Assembly (NCBI GenBank): GCA_964016885.1
Contig: OZ024743.1
Span: 359,538,001-359,602,000, forward strand
DNA from: Eledone cirrhosa
Lineage: Eukaryota
Direction: 5' to 3'
Length of the DNA stretch: 64,000 bases
Of this stretch, positions 38,266 through 51,904 are shown one piece after another. The position numbers and the translations under genes are program-made. Numbering within the stretch: the stretch's first letter is position 1; every line of letters begins with the position of its first letter. Below the pieces are notes generated by a model, which did not search any database, had not been told where the DNA came from, and was given only the letters and a program-made list of their open reading frames with translations.

Positions 38266-40503
38266 CTAAGGTCTACTAGTTATGTACATTCTGTGGCACC
38301 TGGGTTACTTCTTCAGTTATTTTGTCAAAAGTTATTCCGGTGTTGCTTCTGTTTCTTAGCATTCTGACTCATGACAATTTAACTAACGTGCAAAGGCTTA
38401 ACAAACTTGTAATGTCCATGCTTTGGCCCATGCTACTCAAATTGATGAGGTTTAAAGGTGACATTCTTGTCTCATTCAATAATGAGCTACTGTTTTTTTT
38501 CTCACGACAATTTATGTCTTGAATGATTTTGCGAAGAGCTTAATATATAGCAATTCCCAAAATGTAATCATAAATATACAAAATACATACAAAAACAATT
38601 GATGTTGAAAAGCATCTTCATGGTACCTCGAGGAGAAAAGAAATCTTAATTCCAACGACGTCTGTATCTCAAAAGATACAGCACTATAACTTGTCTGGGC
38701 TTCATGAGAAAGAGATGATGGTTTATGAAACATGACCGATACTCTCAGAATAACAGAAAGGGATTCTTAAAGACTTATGTGGAAGTAAAGATCGGTAATA
38801 TATATTCGGAAGCTATATCTAAAGACTATAGAAGAGAGATTGGATTAAACGTGGTATAAATTGATGCCAGTGATCGTTTGGCAGCAATTCCATATATAGA
38901 TGTAAAAATATGAACTAATATCACCGAAACCAATCATCGACATAAAATGTACCCTGAAAGTATTTTACAATACTCATGAAAGAGTGATTTTTCAAAACAA
39001 AATTGATTACTGCCAAGAGAGAAATATTTCACGAGGTCTACATTTGTCCACCCCATATCTACTTTAACAAATACGCAACTGCAACAAACTGGATACAGAT
39101 AAGAGTACTATAGGATGTTGCTGAACCGTAATATGTATGTTGCAGACGACAAACCATCTTGTTAGATACAGTAAACAAATTCTACGAGAGCTTCATGAAC
39201 TCATGTCAAATCTACACCAGCACTTCCGATTCAAACGTTTTTTCACCTCTTATCACCTATGTTGTATCCGCTACATTAAACACTATGCCCAGGTCTTCCT
39301 GTTCAGAACGTTTTCACCTTGAACCCCCACCTTGAACATGTCTTTCTGCACCACGGTTTCAGAAAGCCCTCGAAGACCATGGACTCCTCCTCCTCTAGAA
39401 TAACAATGACGACAACAACAACGATAAAACAACAACTACCACGAATTGGTTCATACATTGTACCATTAGAGACTATCGCATGTCTGTCAATTCTTGTTGC
39501 TGCCACTATCCAATAAACAATTTCATTATGTAAATGAAGGCATTATAATAGAATAATGCAATTCATAATTTTCAATGTTATCCGACAAAATTACCGTACT
39601 TAGTCTAAATGCAAACATGAATCTACAACAAATATCTATTCTATTGCATTTATTTAACAAAATGTTACACACCCACCAATATACAAACGGTCTGGCTATG
39701 CAAAACATTTACGCTAAGACTACACATAAACAAAAGAAACAATTGTCTTGGTCACATTTTATGTCAAATTGATACACTGCGAAGTTCATATACGTCAATA
39801 ATTTTCATAAACCTCAGTTTGTTAAAATTTATTAATTTGTTCTGGAGTGTCTAAGAAAGTTAATGTATCTTAAATTATTTTATGATTATATATTGTAAAA
39901 TATATAATCATCAAATATATATGTCTACTAAACCTTAATCGGTTGTTTAATGTTGCTGTATAGTTTGTTATTTAGACTCAGATCAGCCCCGATTCAGTAG
40001 CCATTCCCATTTATTATAAATTTCAATATGAACACTTTTGAAATAATGCTCCAGATATAGTAGGTATCCTTCTCTTTATAAAGATTGTTGGGTGTGAATA
40101 ATATGAAAATTAGCGGCCAATTTAGCAGTTTCAGCTAGAGGCTGCTTCACTGGCGCGCGTAAATTAGATTATATTTCTTGGCATTAGACGTATAAAAGAT
40201 ATATTCGATAAATATTCCAATGGATTGGAAAACGATGTGTCTCATAGAATACTTTTTAATTAATCTGATCTCTACTTCCGCCGCCGAAGTAAACTAAATT
40301 AATACTTTCAACATCAACTGCACGTTAATATATCAATCCCCTCGCCTCTATACTATATATTCCATATATTGAGACACATGAAATATATACAGGAATGTAG
40401 AGTACCAGGCAGATAATTGCCAGAATCATTAGATCGTAGGATATATCTGGTGATTTGTTTTCGTCTCTTTGCTTTTAACTTAAATTCAGCAGATGTTAAT
40501 GTA

Positions 40504-40658
40504 CCGTATTTCCCGGCGCCGATGACGCACCCTAATTTTGGCAACCAAAAATTTTGAAAAAAAAAAAAAAAAAAAAACCTTCGGCCTCCAGGACGCATGG
40601 TAGATATTTGAGACTTATTTTAGGAAAAAAGTAGCGTCTTTGACGCCGGGAAATACGG
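40504..40658. mobile_element. Tc1/mariner-pogo-type MITE (155 bp)
   Basis: TA|CCGTATTTCCCGGCG ... CGCCGGGAAATACGG|TA; internal gacgca/gcgtc motifs. Confidence 0.9.
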
Positions 40659-41146
40659 TATCTCTCATTCTTTCGGTTACGACAAAATAAAGTACTAATC
40701 CATGGCGGTAAAGAGGTGGATGTATTAGAGCGTCCCGCAAGATAATGTTGGTATCAATTCCATTTGGAATCCGAATTCTGCACAGGGATTAACATTCTAC
40801 AAATGACCAGTGCCAATATCTCGACTATGGACCACAACTGGTTGTGAAAGCTATAATGACTGACGGAAGATAGTGGCCGTATGCTACTACAGTTGAATGA
40901 TGGCGATGACGATGAAAGTTTAAGTAGCAATGACGTAGATGACGATGCAAGATTTTGAGGATATATTTAACCAATTTTTAAATTGTTTTAATTATTGATA
41001 ATATATCTAATTGCTGAAAGTAATTCATTCTTTAGGCAAATAAATGTTAGGCCAATATAAATCCTCGGGTTGTTAGCAGTTGTGCCCAACTCAGTTTCAT
41101 TGCAATCGTATCACACTACATAACGATATTAGGTACTTTTCATTAT

Positions 41147-41314
41147 AATTGTTTCTACATTTGGCACAAGGCCAGTATATTACTGGTACTTTATTTTATC
41201 GACCCCGTAAGGATGAAAGGCAAAGTTAACCTAGGATAGATTTGAACTCAGAACGTAAAGGGACGTAACTATGCTAGAAAGCATGGCGTCCAACCCTCTA
41301 CCGATACTGCCAAT
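41147..41314 (-). mobile_element. Meta-like SINE
   Basis: Same family as 10702-10889. Confidence 0.9.
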
Positions 41315-43745
41315 GACAGTATGCTGTGAACGTCCCATTGCTTAACGTGTTACATTGTTCAAGATTCCTTATACATGAGGATCAAATAGATTTTTGCATT
41401 TTCACACGTATAATTTATCCACCTGCATGCTGTTAGCGAATAATTACATGTGGACGCGGTCATGGCCGAGTTTTAAATGCATCTTGATGTGAAAACATTG
41501 TAAATATCCGAACACAACTTTTATTTCCCGTTAAACACGTCTGGTGGATTTCTCCCTCTCTACATCCATAAAGTGTTATGGAAAAACATGAAAGAATATA
41601 TTTTCCCTCCGATATAAACTTCAGCACTTATATTCAAATATGTATATAGCTAAAAGAAAGGCGGTGTCACTCCAGCTCAGTTGCGTCACTTTATGATCTA
41701 AGATATTCAGCTTTTATTTTCATGATTAAAATGAATGGATGTGACTTGAGGGAGAGGGAGATTTCGCTGCTACTTCTCGTACATCAATCTATCGCATTTG
41801 TAGTGAGATGGATACAGCGATGCAACATTCACTACTTGCAGTATTTATTTTAAACTCCGTACACTGAAAATGTATCTCCCTTCTCCGCTAGGGTTTCTTT
41901 GTATTTCATCCGTCTGGTTGCCGCTACTAGATGTATAAAGAATTTGTAAGACAAATCAGTAAATACATAACTACCCAATGCTCCAGTATGAAATTTAGAA
42001 ACTTTAATAATGTAAACTTGAGTGAACTGACAATCAAAATTCTGAATCACGCACTTGACATGTCTGGAATATCATGTTTTGTTACGTGATGTACGCTACA
42101 GATACACCATAATAGTAAACAGTGTCGTCGAGCAGTAAACAAGACCTTATGGAGCTGGGTTGAAAACTTAATATAATAGTTTCTCAAATGGAAGTCGTTG
42201 TTGCTGTGTCGAACAAACATTAACATTCTGTTTATGCATCCGTGGATTTACTGGCAACAGAAGTATTGATATTATTCCATGTAAGAAATCATATATACAA
42301 AACTGCTATAAGAATTCTGTCGCCAATAAGAATCTCAATGATGGAAAATATGTAGCATTAAATTATGTTAGATACCATGTTTGTGTATGGCAATATAGAC
42401 AAATATAGATACAGAAGCATTGCGTAACACATCTTATGATAATTACTTTATTTTTCTAATTTTGTCATGACATTAACGTCTAACATCTGTTTAAATTAAT
42501 GCTGCAATGACACAAGTCAAGACAAGCAAGACTGAACTAACCGTCGGAATTGCTCTTTACGCATTTACCAATATGAAATGAAGTCACCGTAACACTATAT
42601 TTGGCACCAGATAGGCTTAGAGGCTAGTAGAAATAACACAATGACTGCAACATCTTATAAACTAAAAATCTATTATCAAACTGTCTATCATTTCTTCGGT
42701 CAGGAGGTTGATGTTATAGATAGTTATATAAAGGAAGAAAACAAAATATATTCGGTGAACTTCAGTATTCAATAAATAACTGACAAATAGCGATCTTAAA
42801 TATGAATTTTGTAACCATATAATTATTGAATATTGTTTTCCTTTTTACTATTAATAGGCATTATAATCACTACACTTTCGTTGATCAATGCACTACTAAT
42901 AAAAGCTAAGTCTAACATTTTGTCTAAATATCGAAGAAAATATTATTTCCCTTAAAATATGCTGCAAGTAACTAAGATACCAAGTAGTAAGTGTTTACGA
43001 GACAGAATTAATTGATTTAATTAGTAAACATTTACAATTTAATGCTGTAGTTGCGTACTTAGTTTATGATTTGTGAAGTTGTACGTGTAGTGTATATTTA
43101 TTTTAACAAGAATAATGAGGAGGCCTATACTGGCACTCTGCCATAGATAATCTAATGGAGGAATAATGAATATGTCAAATGCTTTGAAGAGATAATTAAA
43201 CTAAACAAAAATGCCTGGCAGATTTGTTACTTACATTGTCAAAAAGGAACATTCTTTAATGAGCAAACGGAATAGCTGCTGAATAAAAGATTTGCTCTTG
43301 TTAGCATGTTTGTGGTTAGACTATTGATCTGTTTTTATATTTATGTATAGTTTGGAAAATATAGCTACATTTTCTAAAAATACTGAAGAATGACGCTATG
43401 GCTAGTTATACTTTCTAGCTAAAACTAGCGCCGTTTAATTTCATTCATATAAATGGAAACAACCATTACAACTGAAAGCAACTCCTACACATATATAAGA
43501 TATTAGTTTACAGCTAAAATATTAAAATTATGAATAAAGAAAATATAGAATAAAGAGAAAACAACTTAAAATTGCACATTAACTCCAATCTTCTAACTGT
43601 TTACCTATCTATCTTTCCTTACACCCACATATTTAATCGCCCGCTTTATTTACTATATACTCATACACAATCTTCCATATAAATAATGTTTACATCAACA
43701 ATTAATAGTGCCATCGTATCTACATTATATATCTAAATTATATAT

Positions 43746-43936
43746 GGGCAGTGGATTGGCAGTATCGGTAAAGGGTCGGACGCCATGCTTTCCATCATAG
43801 AGTTACGTCCCTTTACGGACTGAGTTCAAATTCCACCGAGGTTAACTTTGCCTTTCATCCTTCCGGGGTTGATAAAATAAAGTACCAGTAATGCACTGGG
43901 ATAATTGGTGGCCTTGTGCCAAAAGTAGAAACAATT
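43746..43936 (+). mobile_element. Meta-like SINE, full length
   Basis: gggcagtggattggcagtatcgg...ccttgtgccaaaagtagaaacaatt; aattatatat on both flanks. Confidence 0.9.
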
Positions 43937-44039
43937 ATATATCAAATAACTGTGTCGATAAATATACTCAAACAATAGATACAATCTTCACACATGTTGT
44001 AAACCCCCCAGCTTCATAGCTCGAGGTACACCCAAGCCT

Positions 44040-44210
44040 TGTACGCGAAACTGAGTTGGCAGAAACTGTTTGGAAGTTCAGCAGATGGACTCTACCTGTA
44101 ATTTATTGAGTCAGTTTTGTCAAACGCTGTGTCACGTTGAATCTTCCTGAGAATTATGTTAAGTGTAAGCGTGTCTGCGGAATACTCAGCCACGTACTTG
44201 TTAATTTCCC
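44040..44210. repeat. Degenerate SINE-like repeat; inverted relative at ~46740-47090
   Basis: gtgtcacgttgaa...gtctgcggaatactcagccacgt...ttaattt versus aaattaatatgcacgtgactgagaattccacagac...caacgtgatac. Confidence 0.5.
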
Positions 44211-45821
44211 AAATGGAACACTTTTCGGGAAACTGGCGGAGGTCTATTTATTTACTATTTCACAAGTCTTATACGATTTACTCGGAAAACGTTTAAATAT
44301 CTAGCCGTACAGACCATAAAATACAAAATAGCCATATATACTATATGTAAGAACATATAACCTCATCAAAACTCCAGTCACACTAGTGCTATTAATTATA
44401 TTATAAATACTACACATACCATAAATATAAATTCTACAAGCTATAAAGTCTAAGGTGTATTAGTCAAGAGTATACATTGCGCAAACTACTTTCTTTAAAT
44501 TTAAATATTCTCAATAATATATTGAGAATTGTAATCCGCGGAGAAATGAATGTGGGAGAAAACGAGATATTTACGAGTTTACTGAAGAAAGTGGTTGAAG
44601 CTAAGATATAGTTTTTGTTTTGTTTTTGGTTTTTGAAGAATGTAGAAAAAATTAAACGAAAGTTTAAAGAAACAAAAACCACTTAACGAAAAGATAAACT
44701 GATAAAAGTAAATAAAAAACAACAAAAAACCCAAAATGTTTGAAAAACATCAAATAAAAACAATAACAACGTTACTAAAATGTGTAAAGAAATTTAGTTG
44801 ATAGTGTTTAGATCTCATTGATATATTTATGAGATGAAATACTTTCCTGGCGTTATTCTAAAAATACTGAAAAAAGACGCTATGACTTCTTATTTATAGC
44901 GAAGAAGTAACGATTGAGGAGAGAAGAAAAAATCGATATATAGAAGTAGAGAGAACAATATAACAATGGCAAAGAAAAGAAAAATAAATGAAACAAATCA
45001 AAAGCTAAACAAATGGTGATTTAAAAAGAAGAAAGAGACTTACAGAATAGATTTCAAAACTTGATATTCTCAAAAGTTTTAAAATTGAACTTTATGCAAA
45101 GACCATGCAAAATTTTCCACAATTGAGTTAAGTCCGCGTGTCCCATTTTTATCGATTATTGAACCATCCCTTTACTGAACATCTTTATACGAATGTCACA
45201 ACTGCCATCTCCCCAAATAACTCAATGCAGCATGGGTGGTGGGTGGTTGATGCTTCTCTGTGGTCACTTGACCTGCTGGTAATGGCAGTCAGATCTCCCT
45301 CAAATAACACGCTACTGGCTTCAAGAAATGACACATCGGTCAATGTAGTCCTTCAATGCACACAAAGACGAGGTCGTCAATCACAGGTTTGTCTGATTAG
45401 GTCTAAACAACAATGACAACAACATTTATAACCTCAACTACAACATAAATCAAATAAAACATTGTTTATTTAATATCCGATTCTAATATCTAATATTTTA
45501 TACCTCATTTGATAAGAGCAACTTTAAATGGAATAGTTATTCTATAAGGGCCTGCCATTGTTGTCATTTTTGCTAGTGATGTGGTTAATGTATTTATGTT
45601 ATGGTGAAATAAAAGACTACCCCTGATTATGTACTCCCAAAATAATTCATAATGAATTAATTATGGAATATTTAAAGGTAAGAAGTGTTTCGGGCTCAGG
45701 GACATTTCAGATTTCCCATGATACGTCTGTTGCACTATATTCTAAGACAAAACGTTTAATGTTAACTCTCACGTTGAATCTAAATGCTAGAATATGGCTG
45801 CATTAGGTTTTAAAACAGTCA

Positions 45822-46290
45822 ATCCAGTTAAGCCCCATTCAATCCAGTCAGCACAGTCAACACTAGTCATCCCAACACGCCAACCGAACAGCCAGTCTAT
45901 GTCAGCAGAGCTAATTTCACCAAGTCCATGCAGAAAAGCGCAGCCCAAATAACACAAACAACCTCAACTAGCTAAGTCATCCTCAGCTAGTAGCACAGCC
46001 AGATCCAACCACCCCAATCAAGCCATTCCCGCCATCCACGCTAGCCCAGTCAGCCGATTCATCTCCAGTCGAACCAAATAAAGCTCACTCAAATGCAGCT
46101 AGCCCCAGTCATTTTCAACCAGCCTCAGCTATCCTCAACCAGTCTCAGCTGACACCAGCCAACCTCAGCAGGTCACAGGTAGCTCATCTAGTCTCAGCCA
46201 GCCACAACCAGCATCAAGCACCTCAGCGTAATTCAACTGGCCTCCGCCAATTCCAGCTAGTCTCAGTTGCCCTCAGTCAACCACTGGCAG
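45822..46290. repeat. Degenerate C/A-rich minisatellite (~10-bp cagctagcct-like units)
   Basis: Recurring ctcagc / cagcc / ccagtc units. Confidence 0.7.
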
Positions 46291-47449
46291 TTGAGCAAAT
46301 AATCTGAACTGGTATTGTATGAATAACCAGCTTTCATAACCAGCGTACTACAACCGCCAAATGAATATCTACATTATTGCTTGAACCAATAGAAATAAGA
46401 GTCACAAATTCTTTCAAATCACACTATATCATTTAAAAAAAACCATTAGGCGTGTAACGTTGTGGCGTTGTGGCTAGGCCACTGAGCATGACACTTTTTA
46501 CATGTTGCTTCAGTACATTAAAAAATAAGAAACAGTACCAGCCGCAGCAGTTGGGTGGAGGTAACATCCTGAAGAACTGGCCCTCTCAAATTTTGACTAT
46601 TACTTGATTAATATATTTTTAATATAAACTTACATCTCTTGTGTGGCATATCTTCAATATGCCTTAAATTTGATTGAATAACGACATAAAGTTTATGGTC
46701 TTCAAAAAACCATGCGCTTGTGCATATTTATGAAATCAATGGAATGGACCTTCGTCGGTTTCAACGATTTGTGTTCCAATTGTTCGTTCAAATTAATATG
46801 CACGTGACTGAGAATTCCACAGACAGCAGTACACTTAAACCATGAAACTTCAACGTGATACAGTGTGACAAGTCTAGCACTTTGAATTACAGGAGAGTCA
46901 ACGTGATAGAGCGTATGAAAAAGCTGACTCTGAATAACTGGTACAGTCCAACTGTTGGATTTTCAAACTGTTTCTCTCTACCCAGTTTCACTGAGAAGGC
47001 ATGGATATGTGAAACTTGCCCAAGATGCGACGCAATGGGATTGAACACGAAACTTAACGTTACGAGCAAACCTCGTAAACATTCTGTTAATGCTATTGCA
47101 TGTTCGATGCTATATTTTGTTTTCTATATCTTAGTATGCATAGATTAACTGACTGATTTCTACAATTGTAGCCTATATAGTTTACATTTACAAGCTGCGA
47201 CTGTCTGTCTATACTACATAAACTTACAATTCTCCTTTCTCGCGACAGAATTTGTCCATCAATGCCATATTTTCATAAGAGGGTGTATTCAATTATTGCT
47301 TTTATGCAGGTTGTCTATACTGAGTCAATATTGGCAATGAGTGTCAGTCTAGTTTCATTCTTATTATACGTAAAGTTAGAAATGATATACAAATACACAC
47401 ACACACACTCATACACACACATACGCATGCTCCTTTGTTCTTTAATATT

Positions 47450-47605
47450 TTCACGTGTTTCAGTCAGTAGACTGTAGCCATACTGGAGCGCTATCTTGAT
47501 TCAGTCGATCATATCAACCCCTGTAATTATTTTTTAAAGTCTGGGACTTACTTTATCAATCACTTTTTGCCGAACCGCTTGGTTACGGGGACTTAACACC
47601 GAGAG
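47450..47605 (-). mobile_element. SINE-like 3' fragment followed by CA-rich microsatellite
   Basis: gtttcagtca..gactg..gccat.ctggagc...tttgccgaaccgct..gttacggggac pattern. Confidence 0.5.
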
Positions 47606-48117
47606 ACACAAACGTAAACACAGACACACACGCCTGATATGAGAAGTAGGAGTAACACATTTTTTTAATGACACAAACATAGTGCATACACAAACATAGG
47701 CACACTCACAGACACATACACACACACTAAAAAACACACACATATTACACACTCATGTATATATAAAGCCACGATATTAGAGTGCTAGATAAAAATGTAA
47801 ACTGTAGTTTTAGATTAGCTTTTGTTTTCACTAATCTATTTCCAGTTTGTATTGTGCGGGGTTTTTAAAACAGTTTTAATGTACGCACACACACCCCACT
47901 CGCACACATACACCCCATACACACACACACACATATATATATATATGTGTATATATATATATATGTGTGTGTGCGTGAGTGTGTGTATATATATATCGAT
48001 AGTCATCGACAAGATGCCAGACCTCATTTGCTTAATGAGTGGGGTGGAGCTCATCAAATCGGACCGAAGAAACAATGTTTCCATTAGCCTTTCTAATTGC
48101 TAATACTATCTGTCGGT

Positions 48118-48255
48118 TGCAACACCAGGCAAAGGAAGTAACGTGAAATAAAGTGTCTTTCTCGAAGACATAACACATCGCCCGGTCTATGAATCGAAAT
48201 CACAGCCTCACGATTGCGAATCCAATTCTCTAACCACTCAGCCATGCGCCTTCGC
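48118..48255 (-). mobile_element. CORE-like tRNA SINE
   Basis: Inverted relative of 8289-8390. Confidence 0.7.
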
Positions 48256-48272
48256 TAATAGATATATATATT

Positions 48273-51200
48273 TCAGCGAGACCAGAATCTTCGAAGCACG
48301 AGCCTTCGCACCGATCTTCGGTGACTACGATGTATACGCATCTCCCAGCCGTCCAGGGGGAGGGGGGAGGGGACTTGCTGTGATTTTTCGGAGAGGCTTG
48401 GATCTCGTAATACGGGCCATCTTCCTGGACCAAGAAGGTAAGTCAGTGGTGCTGGACGTGACCGGCAGCGAAGGCAACGCTTTCAGGCTAGTAACCGTCT
48501 ACACCCCAACAGGAGTATGACGATCAGATTTCTTCAGACGTCTAGAGACCTTTGTGGGAACGTCCCGCTCTTTAGTTTTAGTGGGTGCCTGGAACGGTAT
48601 CTTAGTAGCACACTGGGATTATGTGGGGCTAGTAAATAAGGGAGGAGGATGTAAAAGCCTCACTAACCTGCTCAGACGTTTGCAACTGTCTGACAGGTAT
48701 CGATTGGATTATCCGAATGTGCCGATGTGGACATGGGCAAACCGCAGCGGGTCATCCAGATCGTATCTAGATAGGATATTCTGTAGGGAAACAGATAAGG
48801 TTATCGTAGGTTGTCCACAATTAAAAGTAGTCGACTACATGCCCCACGAATTGTGATCTGTGAAGTCGACTTAGATAAACTTCATAGGCAAGGACCCGGT
48901 TATGGAAGCTGAACGCGTCTTTCCCGTCGCGCAAATCTTACAGAGACCGGATAAGCGAATTAGTTAAGCGTGCGTTGACGGCTGCGATCGCCAACAACAG
49001 ATGGTGGTTCGCCCTGAAAAGGTCTATTAGCGTAGAAGGAGAGCAAGTTAGAAAGCTAGAAGAGACGTTTAGGACAGGCATCGCAACCGACGTGCTTGTG
49101 GCGAGATTGGCACTCGACGAATTCTTCAACGCAAAGCACGAAGGCTGCGTTGTCAGAGCTAGAGCGCGTACTCTGAGACACAAGAGGACAAAAGCTGTCC
49201 AATGGGCCCGGGTGGTGGAGGCGCGACGTGGCAACAAAGCAACAATTCAATCTTTGCCTGACCAAAACAGGCGCATGTTACTCGAAATCGAGCAGACGTG
49301 TGATGCTTTTCAGCAGCACTATGCTTAATTGTTCCGGAGCGGCGGCGGCGGGATCGGAGTATGAACTTCAGTGCAATCCTCGAGGGACTGCCGCAGCGCA
49401 GTATTGCGAGAAGCTGATAACAGCAGGTGAAATACAGGAAGCGATGTCTGAGTGCACGAGGGATAAATCGCCAGGTTTGGATAGTCTGCCCTTCGTGCTT
49501 TATGCGTACATGCCAAACTTGTTGGATGACATCTTGGCAGATGTCTACTGCAACTGGCAGCAAAACGTGAGAATTCTCAGTTTTATGATGGTGCTGTTAA
49601 GAAAAGACCAGAAAAAGGGGGACGTTATAGACAATTTCAGCCCATAACTTTGTTAAACGCAGAGTTCAAGATTTTGGCCAAGGTGTTAGCAACAACATGG
49701 CGCTTGTCATCGGTGATCTGGTGGGAGAGGCGCAGACATGCGCCATCCCAGACAGATCCATCCACGACAACCTCCTTCTCATGCGATACATCATAGAGAG
49801 GTTGGTTAAGGGCCCTGATCAACTTGGATCAATCTAAGGCATTTGATAGAGTCAACCATCGAGGCGGCCGGTTTCGGGCCCTTTTGCAGAGGTTTGATTG
49901 CTGCCATGCACAGCAACATCTGCTCAGTTGTGAAGGTGAACAGTTATCGGTCACAGCCGTTCAACACCATGCGTCGCTCTTGTAAGTATTTACCCTAGAG
50001 CCTTTACTGCACAAATTGGAAGCGATGAGAGGCGTCCCACGCGAACTGGAATGTGGGAGTCCGTATCGGCTTACGCCGGCGATGTCAGGCACCGGACATG
50101 TCCAAATGTTCGGCACCGCTCTCAACGAATACGAAGCAATGACAGGAGCAACGGTGGGCTTGCAGCTCGTCACCTGGAGAGGCAATTCTATGTCGCCCGA
50201 CAGCGTAGTGGGGCGCTGGACGAAAGGACCGGTTAAATAGCTCGGAGTCTGGTTCGGTTTGGACCTCCAGATGGAGAAAACTGGATCGACGTCACGAGCA
50301 GAGTGGCCTCTCTCACCCAGAAACGGGCCGAGAGGTAGCTGTCCTTGAAAGTTGGGTCGGAAGTGGCGAATGCGTTCATCGCATCCGTCATCTGCTACCG
50401 CCTAACCGTTGTGCCTTTCCCCGGCCCAACTCTGACAAAAATAGAGCGCGTCCTCTTCCGCTTTTTATGGAAGGGACGTGCTCCCATGGTCAGACGTTCC
50501 ATCTGCTGCCAACACCCGTTGCGTGGAGGACTGGGCATGGCGTGGCTGATGATGCGCAAACATGCGCTGAGGCTGCGACATCTCTGGTGCTTCCTTGACT
50601 GTGAACAGGTGTGGTCGCCGCTTGCCAGACGTGTTTTTCCCAGCTCGTCTCACTAACGGAGCTGCAGTCCTGGATCAGGAAAAGACTGAGGGATAGCGCT
50701 TGGAAGCTGGAATGTCTCCAAGCGCTCACAGCCTTCTACTAGCTGGGCACTAGTATCGGTGGAACATCCACCTCGGCGTTCTATAGAGTACTAGTGGAGG
50801 GGAAGAGTGACGACGTTCTCAGCGAGACCCTGGGCGTCGAAGACGATCAGCTTTTCACTCTCTTCAAGAGAACTTTCAGCCCGGGGCCTATGGACAACTT
50901 CCAGAAATCCCTGGCCTGGCAGTGCTACCGGGGCGCGTTGCCGGTTCGAGATAAGCTCTACAGTCACGGCCGAGCCGTCAGCTGAACCTGTCCAAGATGC
51001 GCACAGGGTGAGGAAACCATTGTGCATGCACTCGTTCAGTGTCCGAGCATTGCTGACTCGTGGAGCTATGTCGAACATTTGCTGTCACGTGTAGGACGGA
51101 TCCGGTTAACGACTGAGTCCATTGTGCAGATAGTCCCGCCGTCCTCCTTTAAGGAGTGGAAGGGCAAGCAGTCTTCATCTGCCTGGTGGCCATGGCGAAA

Positions 51201-51664
51201 GAGATTGTGTGGTGGACAAGGTTGAAAGGATTGAAGACGGACACTTTCCTCTTCGGCGAATCCCTGATTAACTTTTTTAAATTTCACTTGAAGAGGAAAA
51301 TCAGGGTGGAGAGGCAAGTGCTGTCTTCTAGTAAGTTTGTTGAAAGGTGGGTGAAAGTGGTGTCTGGTCCGAGTGAACGGACCCGCTCTGAGTATGTGCC
51401 TGTAGATAGAGGAGTGGGAAAACTGGGAGATGGCGCTTGATCTGGTGGTCAGGGTGGCCGTGGTCTTTTGTGTGGTTTTCGACACGAGTGACCCTCGGAG
51501 TATTCCTCCCTTTTGGAGAATTTTGGTTGTTTGAATTTTTTAATTTGCTTTTACACATTTCTTTCTTGTTATAACCATTTTACACGGCCCAAACCCAACT
51601 TTTTATCGTACTGCTCCGTTCTGTACCGTCTGTAATTTTAGCCCTTGTGGCCAATAGAGAAAAC
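48273..51664 (+). mobile_element. Tx1-like family C, 5'-truncated within APE, more decayed
   Basis: ORF2 fragments homologous to Tx1-A; distinct 3' UTR ending gcccttgtggccaatagagaaaac|att. Confidence 0.9.
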
Positions 51665-51904
51665 ATTATTATTATTACTATTATTATTGGCGACCTACGT
51701 AGTAAATCGTATCATCGTGAGCTCCGCAAAGGTTTGTTATTTTCAGTTGTTTAAAATTGCCATTTATGGAAACTTTTTATTGTTAACTGTATATAAGTGC
51801 ACATACATTGATTTCTGAAAAGAACACTCAAAAAGATTGGGGCATTGAGCCCAAGATTTAAACTTTTTATAATTATCAAACAAAAAAAATTTCTTTTAAA
51901 AATC

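Larger units (their letters stand above)
38275..43270 (-). pseudogene. Scattered degenerate fibronectin type III-like coding remnants
   Basis: Minus-strand pieces KITEEVTQVPQNVH (~38283-38325), YVFTDLSYKFFIHLVAAT (ORF 41850-42050, with an upstream ccag acceptor), FLTWNN (~42270-42290), LSGAKYSVTVTSF (~42577-42615) and VTNLPG (~43215-43232); stops present. Confidence 0.45.

Noticed and set aside
45822-46290. CAG-rich tract as a Gln/Ser/Pro-coding exon
   Set aside because: No sustained ORF; the ~10-bp periodicity indicates a decayed minisatellite.
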